The notes below the pieces were generated by a model. The model saw only the letters and a list, made by a program, of their open reading frames with translations, was not told where the DNA came from and did not search any database. A DNA stretch of 15,915 nt from a virus, in IMG/VR virus record IMGVR_UViG_3300050495_000032. The stretch is one strand, 5' to 3'. Every line of letters starts with the position of its first letter. The first letter of the stretch is position 1. The translations under genes and the position numbers were made by a program. Positions 1 through 6,868 of this stretch are shown one piece after another.

Positions 1-127
1 TAAGGTCAGTGCCCTCAAACATATCCCTTATCGAATCTTCATTAAACTTACCGGCGCCGGCCAAACTATCTGAATAGCCGTACCCACCATGCCGCCAGTA
101 CATCGTAATATTCTCATCGGAGTATTT
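1..127. repeat. Terminal direct repeat, copy 1 (contig-end overlap of a circular molecule)
   Basis: Bases 1-127 are base-for-base identical to 15789-15915. The repeat is bounded by both window ends, and a minus-strand ORF reads in frame across the implied junction. Confidence 0.95.
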
Positions 128-208
128 AAGGGAAATAAGAATGTAAAGGCCTTCACAGCCGGTTATCCAATCCTGACCGAAGGCAGGCAATGTAAATGAA
201 GTAGCCAT
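1..208 (-). CDS. Hypothetical protein, N-terminal part of the junction-spanning ORF (113 aa in total; continues 15915 down to 15655)
   Basis: ATG at 208-206 (plus-strand cat). It translates as MATSFTLPAFGQDWITGCEGLYILISLKYSDENIT and runs in frame into MYWRHGGYGY..., which is track ORF 15655..15891. The track missed the 5' part because it crosses the window edge. Confidence 0.6.
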   Translation of the reverse strand, partial: MATSFTLPAFGQDWITGCEGLYILISLKYSDENITMYWRHGGYGYSDSLAGAGKFNEDSIRDMFEGTDL

Positions 209-221
209 AACGTTAGTTTTT

Positions 222-251
222 AAAAACAGGGGGCGGCTGACCGCTCCCCTG
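222..251 (-). terminator. Intrinsic terminator (10-bp GC stem with one bulged A, TCAG loop, T5 run on the minus strand)
   Basis: Minus strand reads CAGGGGAGCGG-TCAG-CCGCCCCCTG-TTTTT. It lies between the ORF ending at 312 and the ATG at 208. Confidence 0.7.
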
Positions 252-311
252 ATTGTTCTCGTATAGCCGGCCCGTAAAAACCGGCCCGTTAATCAAAACT
301 CACAGTTGCTA

Positions 312-599
312 CTAATTGCCCGCCTTTTCCAGTGTGGCAATCTTTGCCTGTAGTTCCTTTAATCGTTTGGAAAAAAAGGTATGCCACGACATAAACACGC
401 CAATGATGAATTGGCTTTCATCTTCATTAATATCAAGACTAACGACTGTAACTTCCTGAAGTAGTCCGCGAATGGAGAATACAAATTGTTTTGCGGCTGC
501 GGGCGTGCTGTCCGTAACACCTTTGATGATTTCGGTGCACTCACTAATACGTTGTTGATAGTACGCTGTTTTAGCGTATAGCTGATGGATTTGGTTCAT
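312..599 (-). CDS. Hypothetical protein (95 aa, C-terminal coiled-coil-like KRLKELQAKIATLEKAGN)
   Basis: Track ORF 312..644 trimmed to the first ATG (MNQIHQLY, 599-597). It ends TAG-TAG, with a TGA three codons further on. Confidence 0.6.
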   Translation of the reverse strand: MNQIHQLYAKTAYYQQRISECTEIIKGVTDSTPAAAKQFVFSIRGLLQEVTVVSLDINEDESQFIIGVFMSWHTFFSKRLKELQAKIATLEKAGN

Positions 600-698
600 A
601 ACAATAACTTTCGTCAAATATGAGAAATTCCCGGCAATTGGCAAATAAGCGGTAACACTTACACATCAATATAACCGGAATTAGTAAGGAACCCTAAT

Positions 699-728
699 AA
701 AAAAGGGGGCAGACTTGAAAGCCACCCC
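699..728 (-). terminator. Terminator-like hairpin plus T6 run (unit A of a duplicated module)
   Basis: Minus strand reads GGGGTGGC..GCCCCC followed by TTTTTT. The stem is imperfect. The flanks TAATAAAAAAGGGGG and CCCCGTTAA are shared with unit B. Confidence 0.45.
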
Positions 729-796
729 GTTAAACGTTGTCAGCACTTGCACCATACAAGCTGCTAACCATTGAATTTACCTGCCGGCAAGATAAT

Positions 797-824
797 AAAA
801 AAGGGGGTAATAGAAATTACCCCC
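797..824 (-). terminator. Intrinsic terminator (perfect 9-bp stem GGGGGTAAT/ATTACCCCC, 4-nt loop, T6 run)
   Basis: Plus strand reads aaaaaa-gggggtaat-agaa-attaccccc, so on the minus strand the hairpin is followed by TTTTTT. It is the first terminator downstream of the lysozyme gene. Confidence 0.8.
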
Positions 825-883
825 GTTAACCTTATCCTGTAACGATTGCTTGCCCTCACTGGCAGCAACGTACATAACCTTTT

Positions 884-949
884 CTATAAACCTAATCCGG
901 AATCTACCATCTCAACGACGGTAAATACGCAGAGCACAATATAGAGCAT
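884..949 (-). CDS. Possible 21-aa hydrophobic peptide (MLYIVLCVFTVVEMVDSGLGL), TAG-terminated
   Basis: Its ATG at 949 lies 1 nt after the lysozyme TGA (951-953). It is below the track length cutoff and is supported only by position and hydrophobicity. Confidence 0.2.
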   Translation of the reverse strand: MLYIVLCVFTVVEMVDSGLGL

Positions 950-950
950 T

Positions 951-1373
951 TCAGGAAAACCACAAATCAAGTTCCTTATGCCGGCGTGTAACGAGATCCT
1001 GCGATACAACCCCGCCAGCATGTACGTATCTCATCCATTGGGTTTGTAGGGCGTTATCATCGCCGGCATTAATATAGGGCACCATGTCATAAGCATTACC
1101 AATACCCAGATTATAACTGAAATCAAGAAGCGCCACCCACTGCGAAACGGTCAGCGTTCTTTTTACTTTCGGTTTCAACAAATCGTAGTCATGCAGAAAG
1201 TAGGATACCATTTCCGCAAAAGCCTGGGCCCTGGTAATTGTACCGGTGGATCCCGGCGCAGCTGTACCGTACCCCCAGCTGTAACGGGAAACATCCCAGT
1301 AAGGGCGATCCCTGAAACCTTCCACGGTGGGAATGAATGCAGCCAGTTTGTTAATGAGACGAATTTTAAACAT
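951..1373 (-). CDS. Lysozyme, glycoside hydrolase family 24 (T4/P22-lysozyme-like muramidase)
   Basis: N-terminal VEGFRDRPYWDVSRYSWGYGT matches the GH24 catalytic signature E-x8-D...(S/T)-x-G-x-G, with the same E-to-D spacing as T4 lysozyme E11/D20. The track start at 1394 is GTG, so I prefer the ATG at 1373 (MFKIRLINK). Confidence 0.75.
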   Translation of the reverse strand: MFKIRLINKLAAFIPTVEGFRDRPYWDVSRYSWGYGTAAPGSTGTITRAQAFAEMVSYFLHDYDLLKPKVKRTLTVSQWVALLDFSYNLGIGNAYDMVPYINAGDDNALQTQWMRYVHAGGVVSQDLVTRRHKELDLWFS

Positions 1374-1432
1374 CGCCGTCCACGCTATAACCACGGCCAG
1401 CCCCCCAATTACAATATGTTCGGTTTTCAGTT

Positions 1433-1879
1433 TCAGAAGATGTGGATCTGCATTGTAGCACCGCGCAACAACGTAATTGGAAGTACATCAGAAGTGTTCT
1501 GTGCAATCTGCAATGAAAATGTTGTCGCAGCGTTGGCCAATATATAGCCCTTACCCCAAATTCGGTAGTTGCTGGCCACAGCTGAAGCGTTGGCAAAATC
1601 GGCGGCAGCTGATTGCGCAGCATCAAAACGGGTAGGAGTTGTGACATCCACAATAGCCCATTCAGCATTATAAGCGGTAGGGGCAGCCGAACTATTGGCA
1701 CGGAACCGAAAACCACCGGTCGCACCCAATGTAAAAACGCCGCGCATCTCCCATTTTAATTGCTTCCCCGCCGGCAGGGCATAAGTAAACCCGGTCATAT
1801 CTACCAGTACTATACTGCTGGCCACCGCCTGGTTGGCGGCCAACACATTTATTGTTTGGATCCCTTGCGTAAAAGCCAT
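1433..1879 (-). CDS. Hypothetical beta-rich virion protein (spike/fibre-head candidate)
   Basis: 148-aa ORF with an ATG start. It is Ala/Thr/Asn/Gly-rich with alternating beta-strand-like segments and no TM segment. It sits last in the structural block next to the fibre-like ORF. Confidence 0.55.
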   Translation of the reverse strand: MAFTQGIQTINVLAANQAVASSIVLVDMTGFTYALPAGKQLKWEMRGVFTLGATGGFRFRANSSAAPTAYNAEWAIVDVTTPTRFDAAQSAAADFANASAVASNYRIWGKGYILANAATTFSLQIAQNTSDVLPITLLRGATMQIHIF

Positions 1880-1898
1880 AATACATAGTTTTAAAAGG

Positions 1899-2828
1899 TT
1901 AAGTGAGCGTCCACGCGCCCAAAAAAGATTCTGTCACCCATACCGAACCCGTCCATATCAACACCACTGTAGCGCCTACATCTGTACTTACAAGTGCACC
2001 ACTTACGCTTGTCGACAAACTACCAAAGCGTATAGTTTGGCCCGCAGCAGCCTGAACTGTAGAGCCCCCGGCGTTATTTATAGCCAACCTGAAAATGAAA
2101 CCTGAACGGTTTGTAACGGACATATCAGGCAGGTTGAAAGTATTAGCAGCTGAATTTGTAAACAACTTCCCACTGTCCAAATCACGGTCAACATTATATG
2201 CACCGGCCCCTTTGCTTGAAACAAACCTTCGGTAAGTAATTGTCCCGGCGATGCTAACTGTCGCGCCACTGAAGGTCAGGGTACCACCGGGGCCGAACCA
2301 CCACCTTGAATTATTTACATCAATTGCGCCAACCGTAAGACCACTAGCGAGTATTTTAAAAAACCCCGAATCGTCGGCTCGTAACTCGAAAGAATCGTTC
2401 CCTGTGCTTATCTGCAATGCGGAACGCCCAGGGCTGCCAGAATACAAGTTCAAACTTGAAACGCCATTGTCCCCGGATAACAGCGTAATTGTAGGAAGGC
2501 TATTATTGCCCCCCGTTATATTCATAAAGGGGGTTGTATTAACGCCCCCTGTTATAATGATGCGTGTGCCGTCTAAGTAAGTAGTTAAGGCGTTAAGTAT
2601 TGTACGTAACGTAATACCGAACCGGTTCCCGATTGCATCTTCTGTAACTATTTCCCGGTTGCTTAACAACTGTGCGGGCTGCGCAGGATCCGCGGCATCG
2701 TTACCCAACACGATCCTACCCGAAACGCCGTCTACCGACAATCCGTTATCGGCCGACGTTGAAACAAAGGGCGGGCCGCTTTGCTCCCGTTTCTGACTTG
2801 TTTGTAAGCTTACAAGACCAATACCCAT
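1899..2828 (-). CDS. Fibre/spike-like protein (receptor-binding candidate)
   Basis: 309 aa, Gly/Thr/Ser/Asn-rich, with degenerate short beta repeats (GGTLTFSGATVSIAGTITY, ITGGVNTTPFMNITGGNNS). No TM segment. Confidence 0.5.
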   Translation of the reverse strand: MGIGLVSLQTSQKREQSGPPFVSTSADNGLSVDGVSGRIVLGNDAADPAQPAQLLSNREIVTEDAIGNRFGITLRTILNALTTYLDGTRIIITGGVNTTPFMNITGGNNSLPTITLLSGDNGVSSLNLYSGSPGRSALQISTGNDSFELRADDSGFFKILASGLTVGAIDVNNSRWWFGPGGTLTFSGATVSIAGTITYRRFVSSKGAGAYNVDRDLDSGKLFTNSAANTFNLPDMSVTNRSGFIFRLAINNAGGSTVQAAAGQTIRFGSLSTSVSGALVSTDVGATVVLIWTGSVWVTESFLGAWTLT

Positions 2829-2841
2829 ACTTCACTTCTTT

Positions 2842-3198
2842 TTAAACATAGTACAACTGTACAACTTCCACGGCCGGCGTCGCACCAACGGGCGCACGGA
2901 ACGACAGATCTATTTTACCGGTATATACATCACCCCAATGGCCTGATATTGTCCTGCTATCCCCCAAAGCTGTCAGGGGCGTAGCGGATGGAAATATCAC
3001 CATGCCTTGTATTGTGGCGGTCGTGTCGCCCACATTGGTAAACATGAACGCAAAGCAGTTACGCGCCGGCGGGATGTAGGCGTTCTCTGTGTAGATCTGC
3101 ACGGTCATGTTGTACGGCCGATCCCCCAACTTATTCACCAACTCCCGCAACACATCCGGCGTGATCATGGCCGGCGAATTACGTGCACCTATATCCAT
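2842..3198 (-). CDS. Hypothetical small beta-rich structural protein (118 aa)
   Basis: ATG start and tight packing inside the structural block. The composition is typical of a single beta-sandwich. Confidence 0.55.
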   Translation of the reverse strand: MDIGARNSPAMITPDVLRELVNKLGDRPYNMTVQIYTENAYIPPARNCFAFMFTNVGDTTATIQGMVIFPSATPLTALGDSRTISGHWGDVYTGKIDLSFRAPVGATPAVEVVQLYYV

Positions 3199-3204
3199 AA
3201 AGCG

Positions 3205-3522
3205 TTATTTAAGCAACCGGGAGAGCCCGTAAACGATTGCCGCCCCCAGGCTGCCCAGTAAAAAATATTTTAAAACCGGCGTTTCTTTTACAAGGGTTAC
3301 AATGTTGGAATCGTAGAATGTAGAACTTCCATAGTACCCGTAACCCGGCGAAACGAAACGGTAATGAACGGTTCTGTCCGGAACCTCATCAGGATAAATA
3401 TCTGATCCCCCAATGTGCACCCCGGCAGACCCCAACATGTCGCCGGCATCGTTGTAAAACTGAACTTCGCCGGGAATACTTACACCCTGTTCATCCTGAA
3501 GTAAAACCCTGTAAACCATCAT
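3205..3522 (-). CDS. Membrane-anchored hypothetical protein (105 aa, C-terminal TM YFLLGSLGAAIVYGLSRLL)
   Basis: Its start ATG overlaps the upstream TGA as ATGA (3522-3519). The C-terminus is hydrophobic. Confidence 0.6.
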   Translation of the reverse strand: MMVYRVLLQDEQGVSIPGEVQFYNDAGDMLGSAGVHIGGSDIYPDEVPDRTVHYRFVSPGYGYYGSSTFYDSNIVTLVKETPVLKYFLLGSLGAAIVYGLSRLLK

Positions 3523-4205
3523 AAGGCATCTAATTTTGAGATTACAGCCTTAAATAACAGCGGATCGCTTTCCCCCAGTTGCGCCAGCTTTTCAAGATGG
3601 TCAATGAGTTTAGGATCACATCTTTCAAGCTTATCGAGGGCGCCGGCCAACCTGGTCAATTTCTGCTCAGCACTTTCAACGGCAGCCTCACTATTCCCCA
3701 CGCCGGAAATTGTTTGTAGGGGGGTCGCTGCCATCGCAGCAGGCATAACAGGAGCGGCACCACCGAACATTTGACGAACTAAGCCAATAACAGTTCCCAG
3801 CTTTTCTGGGCTTTCCAAATAACCCATAAGTATTGAGTTTATATCGCCTTCGTCATCGTCATCGTCTTTACCCTTTTCCAACGCCTCAATGCGATCCATT
3901 AACTTTTTGTTGTGTCCGGCAATACCCTGCCCGTCGTAGGTGTCCTTTAACTTGAAATTTAAACAGGCGATGTAACCAGCGTTACCAGTCGCGCAGGTCG
4001 GGGCCTGATCACTATCGTACACGCGCAGCGTATAGGTTGCGGTACTTCCCGAAGTGTCGAAACTGTTCAACCAATCGGATAAGGAATCCGGGCCGACCCC
4101 GGAAACAATAAATTGCTTTCCCTGGTAAAGAGCCCAGGCATCGGTTTCGAAGTATTCAAACCTGGAAAGCACCGCATTGATACCTATAAGTTGCACGCCT
4201 GTCAT
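3519..4205 (-). CDS. Hypothetical protein with a beta N-domain, an acidic linker (KDDDDDEGD) and a helical Ala-rich C-domain (scaffold/assembly candidate)
   Basis: 228 aa. It has an ATGA overlap with the upstream gene at 4205-4202. The function is a guess based on domain composition only. Confidence 0.5.
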   Translation of the reverse strand: MTGVQLIGINAVLSRFEYFETDAWALYQGKQFIVSGVGPDSLSDWLNSFDTSGSTATYTLRVYDSDQAPTCATGNAGYIACLNFKLKDTYDGQGIAGHNKKLMDRIEALEKGKDDDDDEGDINSILMGYLESPEKLGTVIGLVRQMFGGAAPVMPAAMAATPLQTISGVGNSEAAVESAEQKLTRLAGALDKLERCDPKLIDHLEKLAQLGESDPLLFKAVISKLDAL

Positions 4206-4699
4206 CGTGAAGGGCCTTGTATTAATCTGTTCTGCGCATCAAGCCTTATGTACCCGCATTCGATCAACACCACGTAAGGGGTGCCGGCGCTCGTAGTACT
4301 GTTGGCATATTGCAGGTAACTTTTTGGAAAGTCAACGTTAACCCAATTATCGAATGTTGTTGTGTTCCTACGGTACGGGATTGCCCCTGTAGTGAACACC
4401 ATATCATTCAGGGTAAGAATTGGAATTGTTTGCCCTTTCTCCCAACCTTCTGCATATATGGTAACCGACATCTTTGCCAGTTCAGCGGCCGGCGCAGTTG
4501 GGTTGCCGCTTATGATCCCATTGGTAAGAACTTCGGCCGAAATGAGCCGCATCCATTTAATTACGATCTTCTGATCTATCGTTGATCGCAATTGTGAAAT
4601 ATCGGGAAACGGCACACGCTGCACGCCGGCGGTAGGCACGTTTACTTCGATAAGTATCGACGGGCCGCGCGGTTCATCCTGCACTAATACTTGTTGCAT
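4202..4699 (-). CDS. Jelly-roll-like capsid-associated protein candidate (penton or small capsid protein)
   Basis: 165 aa, beta-rich, no TM segment. It lies immediately downstream of the major capsid candidate and is translationally coupled to the next gene. Confidence 0.4.
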   Translation of the reverse strand: MQQVLVQDEPRGPSILIEVNVPTAGVQRVPFPDISQLRSTIDQKIVIKWMRLISAEVLTNGIISGNPTAPAAELAKMSVTIYAEGWEKGQTIPILTLNDMVFTTGAIPYRRNTTTFDNWVNVDFPKSYLQYANSTTSAGTPYVVLIECGYIRLDAQNRLIQGPSR

Positions 4700-4728
4700 G
4701 TGATAGAATTTAAAGAGCGATTAAAGAG

Positions 4729-4753
4729 GGCGTCCGGCACGCAGCCGGACGCC
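4729..4753 (-). terminator. Perfect 10-bp GC hairpin downstream of the capsid candidate (terminator or RNA-stabilising stem-loop)
   Basis: ggcgtccggc-acgca-gccggacgcc. On the minus strand it is followed by CTCTTTAATCGCTCTTT, which is T-rich but interrupted. Confidence 0.55.
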
Positions 4754-4785
4754 GCAACTTATCAGGCTTGCTATGCCAAGCGATT

Positions 4786-5493
4786 TTAGTTTACTACTGT
4801 ACTGTTCTGTGCCAGTACCCCGCGATAGATCAATATGCACCGCATAAATGCGGCAGCACTTGCCAGCGCCCCAGGTAAAACAATTTCGGGAACGTAGTTT
4901 TTACTGCCGATCAACAGCAAGTTTGGTTCCTGTGTGATAAAGCCATCCTCAGCCCCGCGGAACTGATCCTTTGGAGATCCCGCACCCAATGCCGCGGTTT
5001 GCTGCGTCTGTGGTTTGTACCAGTGATTTAGCAGCCCCCTGTACGGTATGATCACATCATTGTTAACTTTCGTTGACAGATAACCGTTTGAGTAAAATGT
5101 AGAATCGAGGGCGGCCGCATCGGCAGCGGCAAATACCTGCGTATTACCGTAGGAGTTAAGCAGGTAAGCGGTATCTGTTCGGCTTGTAGGCTGTGCCACA
5201 AAAATTCCGTATTCGGATACTACCAATGAATCTTGAAGCTGTAAACGATTTTCGGTATTGAAAATTACGTTCGTACTGTTGGCCTGATTGGGTGTTACAC
5301 CGAAAGCAAACCGGTTATTGGCTGTATTTAGCTCAACTTCTAGTCTTATTTCGTGCTGGGAAAGCTTTCTTGCATTCACCCAATCCCAACATTTGCGCGA
5401 ATCCTGCCCGAAGCTTTGGATCCACGAATTAAAAAGAACTTGCTTTGCAATGTCGTAACTCATGCGAGCACTTTGGTTGTTCGTGCTATTCAT
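4786..5493 (-). CDS. Major capsid protein candidate (235 aa)
   Basis: Track ORF 4786..5502 starts at TTG, so I prefer the ATG at 5493 (MNSTNNQ). It is Asn/Gln/Ser/Thr-rich, beta-rich and has no TM segment. It is the only gene in the structural block isolated by hairpins on both sides, each within a roughly 90-115-nt untranslated flank. Confidence 0.4.
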   Translation of the reverse strand: MNSTNNQSARMSYDIAKQVLFNSWIQSFGQDSRKCWDWVNARKLSQHEIRLEVELNTANNRFAFGVTPNQANSTNVIFNTENRLQLQDSLVVSEYGIFVAQPTSRTDTAYLLNSYGNTQVFAAADAAALDSTFYSNGYLSTKVNNDVIIPYRGLLNHWYKPQTQQTAALGAGSPKDQFRGAEDGFITQEPNLLLIGSKNYVPEIVLPGALASAAAFMRCILIYRGVLAQNSTVVN

Positions 5494-5556
5494 ACACCAC
5501 AATTTTCAGGTTAAACAATATTGCTTTGCCTTCAAAGGATCCGGATTTTGTAAATA

Positions 5557-5580
5557 GGTACCCGGTAGAAACCGGGCACC
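5557..5580 (-). other. Stem-loop upstream of the capsid candidate
   Basis: ggtacccgg-tagaaa-ccgggcacc. The single A/C mismatch on the plus strand becomes a G-U wobble on the minus-strand RNA, which favours minus-strand function. Confidence 0.45.
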
Positions 5581-5617
5581 TTTGAGCATTACTATTCTAT
5601 GCTTGTAGCCAGTACAA

Positions 5618-6232
5618 TCAATTCATGTAATCAGATCCGGTATTCGTTATCCCGCTGCCACCATCGCAATTTCCAATCGAGCCCATTACGCCACTACCGG
5701 AAGGGATGTAGGCACCCACACCGGAACCGGCGGGCGTATATCCATTGACACGAAACCCTTGCAATTGCGCAGGCGTCCTGCCGGCCAGTTGCGGCGGCGT
5801 TCCACCGATCACCGGTACGTTTTGGTAACCGGCCATCCTATGCCGGCCGATCACCGGTACATTTTGGTAACCGCTGATAACGCCCATTACACGTAACGCG
5901 CGTTTAAGGCCAGCGCCTACCATTATACCCCCGGCAATCTTCTGCACCATCCCGGATGTACCCGAAGATCTGCGCAGCAATAGCAACCCACCGATACCAA
6001 TTTCACCAGCTGTAGCGGCGATCTGTGCGTTTTTAGTCGGCACCGGCACAGGATCCGTGGTTTTTGGTAAGATCTTATCAATTTGTGTGTTAACGACGCC
6101 ACCCAGGAACCAACCCCCGGCAACAGCCGCCAATTTCAAACCGATGTCTTTACTCCCCAGTTTCAACCCACCAATTCCCCCACGACGACGGCGGCGACGG
6201 TGATGCGTTCTGTGTTTTTTTCTGTGTGACAT
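5618..6232 (-). CDS. Basic N-terminus plus Gly-rich multi-hydrophobic-segment membrane protein
   Basis: The N-terminus is MSHRKKHRTHHRRRRRRGG. It is followed by the hydrophobic segments LKLAAVAGGWFLGGVV, IAATAGEIGIGGLLLL and IAGGIMVGAGL, and by an internal GYQNVPVIG x2 repeat. Confidence 0.65.
   Translation of the reverse strand: MSHRKKHRTHHRRRRRRGGIGGLKLGSKDIGLKLAAVAGGWFLGGVVNTQIDKILPKTTDPVPVPTKNAQIAATAGEIGIGGLLLLRRSSGTSGMVQKIAGGIMVGAGLKRALRVMGVISGYQNVPVIGRHRMAGYQNVPVIGGTPPQLAGRTPAQLQGFRVNGYTPAGSGVGAYIPSGSGVMGSIGNCDGGSGITNTGSDYMN
5805..5873 (-). repeat. Intragenic direct repeat (27 nt x2, 26/27 identical, 42-nt period)
   Basis: ccgatcaccggtacGttttggtaaccg at 5805-5831 and ccgatcaccggtacAttttggtaaccg at 5847-5873. 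Each copy encodes GYQNVPVIG. Confidence 0.9.
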
Positions 6233-6260
6233 ATAACTACAATTTGAATGTTAAGCGATT

Positions 6261-6863
6261 TTAAGCGTAGTACTCGATGTTTCCTGTCGTATTCACGTAA
6301 TCGTATACGTTCTTTACTTCGTCATCGGAACTTGTGTTCAGGCTGTTGATAATTTTTGTGATCGCATCGGCAGCCAGCCCGGCGGCGATCGCATAGTTTA
6401 CTATTTCCTGCGATTGGCTGTTTCTGGTCAAATTGCTGGTTTGCGAAACCTGCGGCAGTTGGTAGTTTGTAGGGTACTGTGTGGCTGTGGTCGTTTGCTT
6501 TTTTGTAAGCAGGTAGAGTGCCAAAGCCCCCAGGCCCAAACCGATCAACATTTTGTTGCTACCACCGCTGCCCCCCACACTTCGCCGGCGCGGCCGGCTG
6601 CCGGCCATTACAACCCGGCGTTTACGAGGCCTTGCATGGGTAGTAGTATGTTTACGGCGTCGTTTGCGTTTCCTGCCGGTCATTACGCGCTCAACGCTGC
6701 GGCGTTCAACCTGTTTAACCACCTTGCGGCCGCTGCGGCGTTTACGCCGTTTAGTTGGTTTCTTTTTAACAGATCCCGTTACTTTTCTTTTACGGGGCCT
6801 GTTCCGTTTTGTGGCAACCCTTTTTTTCCTGGCTTTGGGTTTCGACCGGTGTTTTTTTGCCAT
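6261..6863 (-). CDS. Polybasic (protamine-like) domain fused to a TM anchor; candidate membrane-tethered genome-condensing protein
   Basis: Roughly half of the first ~100 residues are Lys/Arg (MAKKHRSKPKARKKRVATKRNRPRKRK...RPRRRS). This is followed by a GGSGGS linker, the TM segment MLIGLGLGALALYLL, and a ~65-aa C-terminal domain. Confidence 0.6.
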   Translation of the reverse strand: MAKKHRSKPKARKKRVATKRNRPRKRKVTGSVKKKPTKRRKRRSGRKVVKQVERRSVERVMTGRKRKRRRKHTTTHARPRKRRVVMAGSRPRRRSVGGSGGSNKMLIGLGLGALALYLLTKKQTTTATQYPTNYQLPQVSQTSNLTRNSQSQEIVNYAIAAGLAADAITKIINSLNTSSDDEVKNVYDYVNTTGNIEYYA

Positions 6864-6868
6864 TGAGT

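Noticed and set aside
104-116. GAATATTAC on the minus strand, which resembles the TAATATTAC nonanucleotide of CRESS-DNA virus origins.
   Set aside because: It matches only 8 of 9 positions, lies inside a coding region, and is not in the loop of any inverted repeat. The flanking catcg...catcg sequences are direct repeats, not inverted ones.
1-127. The terminal repeat read as a biological DTR/LTR of a linear genome or as transposon ends.
   Set aside because: The repeat is cut exactly by the window ends, lies inside a coding frame that continues across the junction, and has the length of a typical assembler k-mer. No inverted ends, target-site duplication or transposase are present. A true DTR cannot be fully excluded without reads.
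267-289. The direct repeat ccggcccgt-aaaaa-ccggcccgt, considered as an iteron-like element.
   Set aside because: There are only two copies. It can equally be read as a weak GCCGG/CCGGC hairpin just downstream of a stop codon, and it has no other occurrence in the genome.
359-544. Nested or alternative-frame minus-strand track ORFs: 359..544, 1366..1725, 1692..1886, 2078..2269, 5923..6123, 7177..7398, 7756..7968, 9070..9303 and 11601..11852.
   Set aside because: They lie wholly or largely inside longer same-strand ORFs in other frames, have odd compositions rich in Cys, Arg or Leu, and have no motifs. I treat them as frame shadows. Only the 10366-10478 overlap seems worth keeping.
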